In this document: positions 55,870-64,000 of the stretch, piece by piece | Layout of the letters: every line of letters begins with the position of its first letter | Position numbering within the stretch: the first letter of the stretch is position 1 | Assembly (NCBI GenBank): GCA_964434285.1 | Contig: CAYSUJ010000001.1 | Location: 240,564 to 304,563 of the forward strand | Origin: an uncultured Candidatus Saccharibacteria bacterium | GTDB taxonomy: Bacteria; Patescibacteriota; Minisyncoccia; Phycocordibacterales; UBA2100 | DNA length: 64,000 nt | Direction of reading: 5' to 3' | Made by a program: the position numbers and the translations under genes | Notes under the pieces: generated by a model | Seen by the model: only the letters and a program-made list of their open reading frames with translations | Database searches by the model: none | What the model was told of the DNA's origin: nothing

Positions 55870-56069
55870 GACGATGCGGGGCGATGCTTTGACGGGGTCT
55901 TTCGCAGTGAGGAGGGGTTGGGGCCCCGCCGCAAGGCCGAAGCAGCTTGGCTGTGAGGCGGGGTCGCGCAAAATCGCAGCAGCGATTTATGCGTGACCGT
56001 CGGCGCGAGAAGGAGCGAATTTTCAGCAGAAAATTACGCGACCCCGGAGAAGCACCGCCCCGCATCGTC
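55870..56069 (+). repeat. Hairpin-embedded conserved element, copy D, with an insertion of about 85 nt in the core
   Basis: Outer arms GACGATGCGGGGCGaTGCTT / AAGCAcCGCCCCGCATCGTC. Core ends GGGGTCTTTCGCAG ... CGTCGGCGCGAGAAGGAGCGAATTTTCAGCAGAAAATTACGCGACCCC. The insert carries a second AGCA-loop hairpin AAATCGC-agca-GCGATTT. Confidence 0.7.
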
Positions 56070-56088
56070 ACGAGCCAAAGTGATGGCA

Positions 56089-56991
56089 TCACTCGGTAAG
56101 CCCAAGTCGGTAAATATCGAACGAGTGTTCGCCCTCGAACATATCTGAAGGATTCGGAAGAAACACCTTCCGGCGAGCCAGATCGTTCGTGGCGTCAGTG
56201 ATGAGTCGCCTGAAGATGACGAATTCTTCCGCACACTGCGAGAAATCGATCACATATTTCCGCATCTGGCTTTTTCCATCAGCATTCTTCCGCTTTTTGC
56301 ATTCGTGCAAAATAAACTTCCCCACCGGTTTCCCAAACTGCGCCTGAACGGTGTAGTAGTTGAACATCGCCTGCACGATAAAGAGTGTTTTTGAGGCGCC
56401 CATGCCGCTAAAAGAATCAACAAACTTGTGGTCGACAATATCAATCTCTTTTGCATTCGTCTTTGAGCGCACCACAAGGTCTGAAACAGCCTTGAGAGGG
56501 AGCGGAAGCCCGGGAACTTTTGTCATTGCCTTAACTTCAACACCGAGTACGTCGTAACGCGGAGGTCGCGCCAAGTAGAATCCAATCGCCTGGAGGTATT
56601 CACGCTCCATACTCGCCCGCTTTTCTTTCTGCGCCTTCTTAGTCTTCGCAACGCCAAAATTAACCTCGAAATCACCCACGTTCCGCAGGTTCTCAAGCCC
56701 CAGCTCAATCGCACCCTCTTTCGCGATGCCGCCATAAAAGTGCTGGAGTGCCACATGCGCTGCTCGACCCACAATTCCCGCAGGCGAGGACGGTGTGTCG
56801 TATACATGCTCCACATACCGCTTGTACCACGCGAGCGGGTTGCGCAAATACGCCATAAGGGAGGAGTGGCTCCAATAGGATATCGGCAGCTTACGCATCA
56901 TGGCGGCAGTATACCAATTGAGAAACTCATAAATATATGTAATGGTAGGCGAAGTCAGCATCAGGGAGAGACCCATGGAAACAACTCGCAT
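56089..56991 (-). CDS. PD-(D/E)xK nuclease superfamily protein (RecB/Cas4-like fold)
   Basis: EIDIVDHKF matches the (V/I)D-x-K core with an upstream acidic residue. No Cys cluster seen. Confidence 0.5.
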   Translation of the reverse strand: MRVVSMGLSLMLTSPTITYIYEFLNWYTAAMMRKLPISYWSHSSLMAYLRNPLAWYKRYVEHVYDTPSSPAGIVGRAAHVALQHFYGGIAKEGAIELGLENLRNVGDFEVNFGVAKTKKAQKEKRASMEREYLQAIGFYLARPPRYDVLGVEVKAMTKVPGLPLPLKAVSDLVVRSKTNAKEIDIVDHKFVDSFSGMGASKTLFIVQAMFNYYTVQAQFGKPVGKFILHECKKRKNADGKSQMRKYVIDFSQCAEEFVIFRRLITDATNDLARRKVFLPNPSDMFEGEHSFDIYRLGLTE

Positions 56992-57329
56992 AATCCGGTA
57001 CAGAGACGCCCTCCTGAAATACGTTCACAAGTGGGTGAATATGGCTGGCAAAGATCCCGAGAAGCGGCGAAAAGGGACCACGTGCCTGCTCGAGGACCTT
57101 GATTTCGCACTACAGCATTGCGAAGTTGGGGACCACGTGAGGGCGCGCAACGCACTTCGTGCGGCGTTCAAGGGTGCCCTTGAACTCCACATTATTCCCC
57201 GTATTGGCAGGGTCATTTTGAGGTGATCACAGCGAGCGAAGAGCGGCGTGGATGTTACCTTCCATGCCGCTTCACTTTTTCCCTGGCGGGCGTATACTCA
57301 AGAGGGTTAAGTAACTGAGGGAGAATATC

Positions 57330-57611
57330 GTGAGCAGAAAGTACAAAGACTCTCAACGGCTAAATGCAGAGATGCAAATTAGGCGAGCAAAACGGTATGT
57401 CACTTTAACGCGCCGCATGTCGCGCTCGCCTCTGGCTCCCATATGCATCTGGGAGGCGCAAGCGCTCATTACGCTTGCGGTCCGCGCCTACAATCGTGGA
57501 GGGTTTCGTGATGTCAGTCGGCTGACGGCAAACGTCCGACCAGCCCTCACAAACGTAATTCCGCGATGGACAACAGTCCACGATTATATGGCTGCATCCC
57601 TGCGGGGATGA
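57330..57611 (+). CDS. Hypothetical basic 93-aa protein
   Basis: ORF followed by terminator CAACCGC-ttgcccccaggcat-GCGGTTG plus ATTTTTTC at 57617-57656. Confidence 0.3.
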   Translation: MSRKYKDSQRLNAEMQIRRAKRYVTLTRRMSRSPLAPICIWEAQALITLAVRAYNRGGFRDVSRLTANVRPALTNVIPRWTTVHDYMAASLRG

Positions 57612-57771
57612 TAACTCAACCGCTTGCCCCCAGGCATGCGGTTGATTTTTTCATCGTCTTTACACTTTCTAGAAAAAGAGTAGTGTGATTAAAAATACTT
57701 GATCATCCACGGAATCCACGCACCGCAGCCCTGATCAAACTCCGGCAGATATATACTCTTGAGATTCTGAT

Positions 57772-60333
57772 ATGACATCACACACCCATAGTCCAGATTC
57801 CTGTTTCAATGAATCGCGAGTGCTGGAGACACTCAAACACTATCTTCCCTCCCAGGGCCCTTTAAAGGACTTTGTGCACCACAATAGCCTCCACGCCTTT
57901 CAAGACATGGAGTTTTATGCCGCTATTTTCAAAGCATCGAAAATATTTGGCTATAAAGTGACCTTTTCTCTGGCTGAGTATCGCAACCTGTACCGCATCA
58001 ATCGCATTCACAAGAACATCCTCGAACGCGTTATTCGCGAACATGTTGGCGACGATCATTTTCAAGTATGGCTCGAAAAGCTTATGCACGGGACTTATGG
58101 CGGAAAGCTTGATGCTCGCGCTCTGAAACTTCGACAAGGCTGGCAAGAGCAGTATCCGATAGACCTCAATAACGCTGTGCATCCGGTGTTATTCCGCATC
58201 CTGTGCAGTTACCTGGATCAGGGAGTGGCCATCACACCATTCCCTTTTGAGAACAAAGGGCTCCTCAACGCGATTCGGATACTTGAGCGTCATAGTTTTG
58301 TACACTTTTTCAGAACAAAACGAGCGCGAATACTCCTCCACGACAATGACCTTTCCCTCAAAAAACTCCTTACCATCCTCGTTGGCAAAGAGGAGTTTTT
58401 TGAAGAATATCTCTACGGGCAGCAATTTTCGCACCGCGGATGGTCAGGCATGGTTTCTACTCTTGAAAATCGTCCTGAGACCCTCTTGTATCCAAAGAAC
58501 ATAACACTCAAGGAGCTTATACTACTGGAGTGTCTATTGGAAATTGATGCACTGGACTCAGCCCTCGGCACACACTGGAAACCCTTGGGAGAGATTACCC
58601 GTCGCACGCCTACGAACATCTTTGCAGATACTGAGCCAAATGAAATCTACGAGGTTATCAAGATATGGCACGATGCTTTTGAGTGGAGTTACTACGACGA
58701 GGCATTAGCGGCCTTACTCGCCACCGCAACATCGGCGGCTGCGCCCAGAAAGAAGCATGCATCGTTCCAAGCCGTCTTCTGCATTGATGAGCGCGAGGAT
58801 TCAATCCGCCGTCACATCGAACGAGCCGACCGTTCATGCGAGACACTAGGAGCTCCAGGCTTCTTTGGCGTCGAGTTTTATTTCCACCCGGCGCACGCCA
58901 AGTTCTATGACAAACTGTGCCCTGCCCCTGTCACACCACGATACTTGATTCAAGAAATCTCCCCCACCGAAACGCATACGCCCGCACGCGAGGTTGCATA
59001 CCTCAAAGAGTCGCACACACTTTTCCGTGGCGCACTGGCTTCATATATCTTAGGCATCCCCTCGTTAGTGCGACTTCTCTATAACATCTTCTCACCGAGC
59101 ATGAGCCCCGCCATCGCAAACGCGTTCGGACACATGCATGCCGAATATGCGCTGACGATTTTGCACAAAGGAAAACGAGATGAAAAGCATGACCTCCAGA
59201 TCGGATTCACTATGAGTGAAATGGCGGATCGTGTTGAGAAGTTGCTCCGTGGCATCGGCTTGGCTAAGCATTTCTCTGATCTCGTATATTTCGTAGGCCA
59301 CGGGTCATCAAGTGCAAACAACCCACACCATGGTGCGCATGATTGCGGCGCGTGCAGCGGACGCCCGGGTTCGGTTAATGCGCGCGTTGCCGCATCAATG
59401 GCAAACGATGATTCCGTACGAGGAGAGCTTGCGAAACGTGGCCTTGTCATCCCAGCTTCAACGCGATTCGTAGGAGCGCTGCATGATACCGCGAGTGACG
59501 AGATTGAGTTCTACGATGAAAAAGACCTTCCGCCCACACACCGATCCCTCCACGCAAAGAATAAAGAAAGTTTTGAACACGCCCTCGATCTCAACGCAAA
59601 GGAGCGCTCACGGCGTTTTATGTCCATCAACACCAAGCAATCCCTCAAACAAGTGCGCAGGGCGGTTAAACAGCGATCTGTTTCCTTCTTTGAGCCGCGA
59701 CCCGAGCTTGGCCATGGCACCAACGCACTCTGCATCGTAGGCAACCGTACACTCACTCGCAATCTCTTCCTCGATCGACGCGCCTTTATGAACTCCTATG
59801 ATTACCAGACGGATCCCGACGGAACATTTCTGGCGAATGTCATCGCGCCGCTTCCAATGGTATGCGGAGGCATCAATCTTGAATACTATTTCTCGCGAAT
59901 GGACAACTCCAAACTGGGGGCAGGCACCAAATTACCACACAACGTCATGGGACTGATCGGAGTTGCGAATAGCAGCGACGGAGATCTCCGCGCCGGGCTT
60001 CCGCTCCAAATGATCGAAGTGCACGATCCCGTTAGGTTGCTCATGATTATTGAGCATGACCCCGCGGTGGTATTACGCGTGATTTCTGCATCTCCCTCGC
60101 TTTATGAGTGGTTCATCAACGCATGGATACATTTGGTAGTGCTGCACCCCGGCGAAAAAAAGCTCTATCTCTTTAAAAAAGGAGTGTTCGTTCCGTATGA
60201 ACCGTCCACCGCCGAGGTGAACATTCTCACAACAGATTTTCTTGAAATGATCGAGTCTACTGCCAAAATGAAAACGAATGACATACTCGACGCAACTCAC
60301 GAAAACATTAAGGTTCAGATTCTCCACCAGTAA
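57772..60333 (+). CDS. dabA: DabA (DUF2309) subunit of a DAB-type energy-coupled inorganic-carbon pump
   Basis: 853 aa. Beta-carbonic-anhydrase-like zinc-site motifs FCIDERED (C-x-D-x-R) and HGAHDCGAC (H-x2-C). DUF2309 length. Immediately upstream of a NuoL-like gene. Confidence 0.85.
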   Translation: MTSHTHSPDSCFNESRVLETLKHYLPSQGPLKDFVHHNSLHAFQDMEFYAAIFKASKIFGYKVTFSLAEYRNLYRINRIHKNILERVIREHVGDDHFQVWLEKLMHGTYGGKLDARALKLRQGWQEQYPIDLNNAVHPVLFRILCSYLDQGVAITPFPFENKGLLNAIRILERHSFVHFFRTKRARILLHDNDLSLKKLLTILVGKEEFFEEYLYGQQFSHRGWSGMVSTLENRPETLLYPKNITLKELILLECLLEIDALDSALGTHWKPLGEITRRTPTNIFADTEPNEIYEVIKIWHDAFEWSYYDEALAALLATATSAAAPRKKHASFQAVFCIDEREDSIRRHIERADRSCETLGAPGFFGVEFYFHPAHAKFYDKLCPAPVTPRYLIQEISPTETHTPAREVAYLKESHTLFRGALASYILGIPSLVRLLYNIFSPSMSPAIANAFGHMHAEYALTILHKGKRDEKHDLQIGFTMSEMADRVEKLLRGIGLAKHFSDLVYFVGHGSSSANNPHHGAHDCGACSGRPGSVNARVAASMANDDSVRGELAKRGLVIPASTRFVGALHDTASDEIEFYDEKDLPPTHRSLHAKNKESFEHALDLNAKERSRRFMSINTKQSLKQVRRAVKQRSVSFFEPRPELGHGTNALCIVGNRTLTRNLFLDRRAFMNSYDYQTDPDGTFLANVIAPLPMVCGGINLEYYFSRMDNSKLGAGTKLPHNVMGLIGVANSSDGDLRAGLPLQMIEVHDPVRLLMIIEHDPAVVLRVISASPSLYEWFINAWIHLVVLHPGEKKLYLFKKGVFVPYEPSTAEVNILTTDFLEMIESTAKMKTNDILDATHENIKVQILHQ

Positions 60334-60339
60334 ACCAAT

Positions 60340-62181
60340 ATGTTGATACTGCTTTTCATTGTCCTGCCGCTTTTCGCACTCGCGCTCTGCTGCATGTTCC
60401 CCAATCGCTTGGAAAGAAGCATATCTAACACAGCAACATCGGCCATTCTTGCAGTATCGGCACTATTTGCAGGGACGCTTTTCCACTGGTGGCAAGGTGG
60501 ATTTACCCCTCTTTCCCAGAAGGGACTCACACTCTTCTCTAGCGCCCACTACGTATTTGCAGTGGATTTCTATATGGACAGCATCTCAGCTGTCTTCTTT
60601 GGAATGACGTGCATAATAACGATCCTCGTACTCCTCTTTAGCCGGTACTACATGCACCGCGATCCCGGATTCAGACGCTTCCATACGACAATCTTGTTCT
60701 TTTTTGCGGGCCTTGCCCTCATTATCTTCTCGGGAAATTTTGAAACACTGCTCATTGGGTGGGAGTGGATCGGCATCAGTTCCTTCATACTGATTGCGTT
60801 TTACCGAGATCGTTTCTTGCCCACGAAAAATGGCCTCAAGGTCTTCTCACTATACCGCTTAGGAGATGCGCTCCTTATTGTCGCGATCTGGTATGCGCAC
60901 CACCTCTTCGAAACCAACGTGCACTTTTCGCAGTTTCCATCGCTCGTAAACATGCACGGGAACGCGCTTCTTGTGCTTGGCATCCTTTTTCTGATGGTGT
61001 CCATGATAAAGTCCGCGCAATTCCCTTTCTCATATTGGCTCCCGCGCGCAATGGAGGGGCCGACCGTATCGAGCGCGATATTTTACGGCGCACTTTCAGT
61101 GCATATCGGCTTATTCCTCTTGCTTCGCACATATCCCCTCTGGGAAGGTAGCGCTGCGCTGCGCATGTCCATTATGTTTCTGGGATTCCTTACGGCACTC
61201 ATCGCAACCTCTATTACTCGTGTCCAATCGTCGATTAAAACACAGATTGCATACGCATCAGTCACCCAGATCGGCATCATGTATATGGAGCTCGCAGCCG
61301 GATTCCACTCCTTGGTACTTCTCCACTTCGTGAGTAACGCATGTCTCCGCACCTATCAGCTCCTTATTTCTCCCTCTATCGTCAGTTATCTGACCCATTA
61401 TCAAATCTACACATTCGTACCGCCGGAAAATAAAATACGCCCGGGTTTCATCGGGAAAATCCGTGCCACTCTCTTCATTCTGGGATTAAAAGAGTGGAAC
61501 ATGGACGGTGTAATGACGCGATTTCTTTGGCAACCACTCAAGCGCGTAGGACAGCGGATGCGATTCTTAGATACTGTGTGGGCAAGCGCCCTCTCCGCAA
61601 TCCTCATAATCATGGGAGTGTTTGCCATCTATGACGAAGCGCTGCCACATGCGACCCTCGACATCATCACGTGGACGAGCAGTATTCTGAGTATACTCTT
61701 TTTCATACGTGCTTACATAAGTAAAGGCACCGCACTTATGTGCTGGACCCAGATTTTTCTTGGGCAACTCTTTGCCAGCCTTTCCCTAGGCGCGCTCTCG
61801 AGCGCCGCTGCCCATACCGTCCCACTCTATCTTTCGGGCATCATACTTGCCTACCTCGTAGGCATTGCCTGTCTCCTCGTGCTGAGCCGCTCTGTAGGAT
61901 CCTACACATTGCTGGAATTCCATGGATTCATGTACACACATCCTGTACTCGGTAACATATTTCTCGTCGCCAGCCTCGCTATGATGGTATTTCCTATAAC
62001 CCCATCCTTTGTAGGTGGAGAAATTCTCCTGAGTGTTATACATACACATTACATCGCACTCGTATCGATGTTTTCGTTGGGGTATGTGTTGTCGGGAATC
62101 TCTGCACTACGACTCTTTGCAAAAGTATTCTTCGGACCCCACCAAAAGACCCACCACGAGATTGCCTACCGGTCGTCGTAA
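60340..62181 (+). CDS. dabB: DabB: NuoL/MrpA-like proton-conducting membrane subunit
   Basis: 613 aa, at least 14 TM, Proton_antipo_M-type core (WLPRAMEGPTVSSAIFYGALSVHIG). 6-nt gap from dabA. Confidence 0.85.
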   Translation: MLILLFIVLPLFALALCCMFPNRLERSISNTATSAILAVSALFAGTLFHWWQGGFTPLSQKGLTLFSSAHYVFAVDFYMDSISAVFFGMTCIITILVLLFSRYYMHRDPGFRRFHTTILFFFAGLALIIFSGNFETLLIGWEWIGISSFILIAFYRDRFLPTKNGLKVFSLYRLGDALLIVAIWYAHHLFETNVHFSQFPSLVNMHGNALLVLGILFLMVSMIKSAQFPFSYWLPRAMEGPTVSSAIFYGALSVHIGLFLLLRTYPLWEGSAALRMSIMFLGFLTALIATSITRVQSSIKTQIAYASVTQIGIMYMELAAGFHSLVLLHFVSNACLRTYQLLISPSIVSYLTHYQIYTFVPPENKIRPGFIGKIRATLFILGLKEWNMDGVMTRFLWQPLKRVGQRMRFLDTVWASALSAILIIMGVFAIYDEALPHATLDIITWTSSILSILFFIRAYISKGTALMCWTQIFLGQLFASLSLGALSSAAAHTVPLYLSGIILAYLVGIACLLVLSRSVGSYTLLEFHGFMYTHPVLGNIFLVASLAMMVFPITPSFVGGEILLSVIHTHYIALVSMFSLGYVLSGISALRLFAKVFFGPHQKTHHEIAYRSS

Positions 62182-62245
62182 TCAACCTAATCTACCGAAT
62201 TGCATTTACGCCACAGAAATGCTATCCTTGGCAAGGAGGTGAAGC

Positions 62246-62440
62246 ATGCAAGAAACCCTTGGAATTCTGGTTCTTGTGGCTGCCATTGTGGCAGTTATCA
62301 AGAACCCCCATCGACGCGATGCCGAGGTGGAAGAGCGGCTCAAACGCCGCGAATCGGCAGTCAGGATGAAAAGACGCCTTGGCCTTCCCCTCGACTGGGA
62401 AGACACAGCGACCATCTTCGCGCGGCAGATGCGCTTTTAG
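62246..62440 (+). CDS. Small single-TM protein downstream of dabB
   Basis: Strong SD CAAGGAGGTG 5 nt upstream. MQETLGILVLVAAIVAVIKNP TM helix then a basic tail. Confidence 0.5.
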   Translation: MQETLGILVLVAAIVAVIKNPHRRDAEVEERLKRRESAVRMKRRLGLPLDWEDTATIFARQMRF

Positions 62441-62564
62441 AAAACAGCAGGCGGCCTCTTGGAGAGACCGCCTGCAACCTTATGCACTTCGCTATCTTGC
62501 CAGTACTCAAGAGAAGAGTAGTATGGCCGAATCCGCCAAACGCCAAACCCAAAAGGAGGGAATA

Positions 62565-63245
62565 ATGACGCGTGACGGACAAGTACTTTCGTTTGCCGTT
62601 TCAGGACTGCGGGGGACCGGAAGAACCCTGCTCTATCGCGAGCTCGAATCCGTGTTGCCGAAGGAGCCAACCCTTCGGGAATGTGAATTCGCGTTCTTGG
62701 GAAATCCGTTCGGACACCTCCCTCACCCACTTATCTGGGTTCAGGAGGGTAACCACAAAAAGCATGGACTCTCACGGCTCTTTGAGTGCTGGGGCATGCT
62801 GAACGATTTCACCGAGGACAAGTGGCTTCCGGCACTTCGTGCAGGAAAGGTGCCTATCATGGATGGTTGCGGCCTTGATGCGGTTTTGTACGCAACAGCG
62901 TGCATTGGCTGCGTCAACGACGACGAGAAGGTGATTGACTGGCATCGAGCATGGGTGCAAGACCGCTTGGTGAAGCAGGGCGTACAACCGCCTCACTACA
63001 TCATCACACGAGCCGAACCGAAGCAGATCGTCAACCATATTGCACGGCACGTGAACACGCGGCTGCATCGCAATGACATCCGCCGGTTCGTGGAAAAGGA
63101 GCGCTCGATCATTGCCGACTACTTCAAGGACGGTGGTGGTCAGCACGTTCCACACCAGCTTCCAGTATGCACTTCGGAGAAGGATATGGCTTTTAATGCC
63201 GTCGCCTCCATCCGCCGCCTCACGCACATGCGTGTGGCAGCCTGA
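62565..63245 (+). CDS. P-loop kinase-like hypothetical protein
   Basis: SD AAAGGAGGG 5 nt upstream of ATG 62565. Degenerate P-loop AVSGLRGTGRT. The ORF-track version extends further upstream without an RBS. Confidence 0.45.
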   Translation: MTRDGQVLSFAVSGLRGTGRTLLYRELESVLPKEPTLRECEFAFLGNPFGHLPHPLIWVQEGNHKKHGLSRLFECWGMLNDFTEDKWLPALRAGKVPIMDGCGLDAVLYATACIGCVNDDEKVIDWHRAWVQDRLVKQGVQPPHYIITRAEPKQIVNHIARHVNTRLHRNDIRRFVEKERSIIADYFKDGGGQHVPHQLPVCTSEKDMAFNAVASIRRLTHMRVAA

Positions 63246-63432
63246 AACACTTGAAGGCCCCGAAATGTTTTCGTGGCCTTCTTCTTTTACCTGTGAGAAT
63301 GCCAAAGGTACTGGACGCGTACATATTTTTGACACCTCAATGCTCGAAGAGTACCATATCGCGTGCTAAAGCATGTGCCCCGATCGACTCTGCTCGCAGC
63401 AGTATACCTCGCACCTGCCGTAGCTACCTTCC

Positions 63433-64000
63433 ATGGAGCTCTCGCTCGTCTCAGTCTTACTTGTTTTCGTGTTATTCGCTGTTTCTGGCGGCGCTTTTTT
63501 CCTCGCACGGAGAAGTGGCATTCCTCACACGGTGATTCTCGTCGCAATCGGTGTCCTTTTGACAGCGCTCTCACAATTTCCCCCACTCGCCTTTCTTGGA
63601 GGTCTCCATCTTACACCCGAACTTCTCTTCTACATCTTCCTCCCGACACTCATTTTTGAATCTGCATATGCCATAAGCATTCGTCGCCTTACGCAGGATG
63701 CGATTCCCGTCGCACTCCTTTCAATCGTAAGCCTCATGGTCTCCGCGCTCGCAATTGCGCTTGGACTTTACTATTTCCTGCCACTTATTGGCTTCCCCAT
63801 TCCATTCGTCGTTGCGTTCCTCTTTGGCTCACTCATTTCTGCAACCGATCCCGTCGCGGTGCTCGCGCTCTTTAAGGAGTATGGTGCTCCTCGGCGCCTC
63901 GCACTTCTTTTCGAGGGTGAAAGCCTCTTTAATGATGCGACTGGCTTTGCATTGTTCCTCATAGCGCTTGAATTCGCTCTCAAGGGCGGTTTCTCGGCGG
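63433..64000 (+). CDS. CPA1-family Na+/H+ exchanger (NhaP-type); 3' end lies outside the window
   Basis: Frame open from ATG 63433 to the window end. FGSLISATDPVAVLALFKE...GESLFNDATG is the CPA1 signature. Not in the ORF track because no stop falls in the window. Confidence 0.75.
   Translation, partial: MELSLVSVLLVFVLFAVSGGAFFLARRSGIPHTVILVAIGVLLTALSQFPPLAFLGGLHLTPELLFYIFLPTLIFESAYAISIRRLTQDAIPVALLSIVSLMVSALAIALGLYYFLPLIGFPIPFVVAFLFGSLISATDPVAVLALFKEYGAPRRLALLFEGESLFNDATGFALFLIALEFALKGGFSA

Noticed and set aside
56942-57226. 94-aa plus-strand ORF overlapping the start of the PD-(D/E)xK nuclease gene
   Set aside because: It overlaps the nuclease N-terminus for 50 nt and has no RBS or -10 box and no motifs. 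It was not listed as a feature, though a shorter version from Met 56975 cannot be excluded.

Overview
This 64-kb window is a gene-dense stretch of bacterial chromosome, roughly 55-58% GC by eye. Most genes begin directly after a TGCTAnAAT-like -10 box and are leaderless or short-leadered, or begin after a strong AAGGAGG Shine-Dalgarno. I found no rRNA, tRNA or CRISPR array by eye. In order, the window contains: a P-type ATPase C-terminus and a sugar-utilisation neighbourhood (ROK kinase, PaaX-like regulator, two glycoside hydrolases including a GH1 beta-glucosidase, cupin-type phosphoglucose isomerase); a VanY-type D-Ala-D-Ala carboxypeptidase; an ECF sigma/anti-sigma pair; a HAD-IIB hydrolase; an unusual three-gene operon ending in a classic-clade AAA ATPase; an ABC-2 exporter; purC and purM; two two-component systems; an exopolysaccharide module (UDP-sugar dehydrogenase, processive GT2, polysaccharide deacetylase); a complete thymidylate module (thyA-dcd-folA, dCMP deaminase, tmk, MazG) next to glyA; a DedA-HAD fusion; an IS200/RAYT-type Y1 transposase flanked by palindromes; a cluster of Gly/Asp-rich secreted surface proteins with peptidoglycan-binding-like C-termini; DsbB/thioredoxin/DsbA, VIT, SET-domain and NUDIX genes; hisS; and a DabA/DabB (DUF2309 plus NuoL-like) inorganic-carbon pump operon. 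The main unexplained signals are: (1) a family of four elements of about 100-200 nt in which a conserved core of about 70 nt sits inside a perfect, copy-specific inverted repeat of 15-30 bp, with compensatory base changes in an internal AGCA-loop hairpin, always just 3' of a plus-strand gene; (2) a 36-nt palindromic element (TACGATAAsTAT-CCCGrCCGG-ATAGAGTTATCGTA) present three times, two copies bracketing the PaaX-like regulator; (3) two genes each interrupted by a +1 shift at a 7-nt G/C homopolymer; (4) the AAA ATPase operon; (5) structured, repeat-rich intergenic regions around 44.3-45.0 kb.
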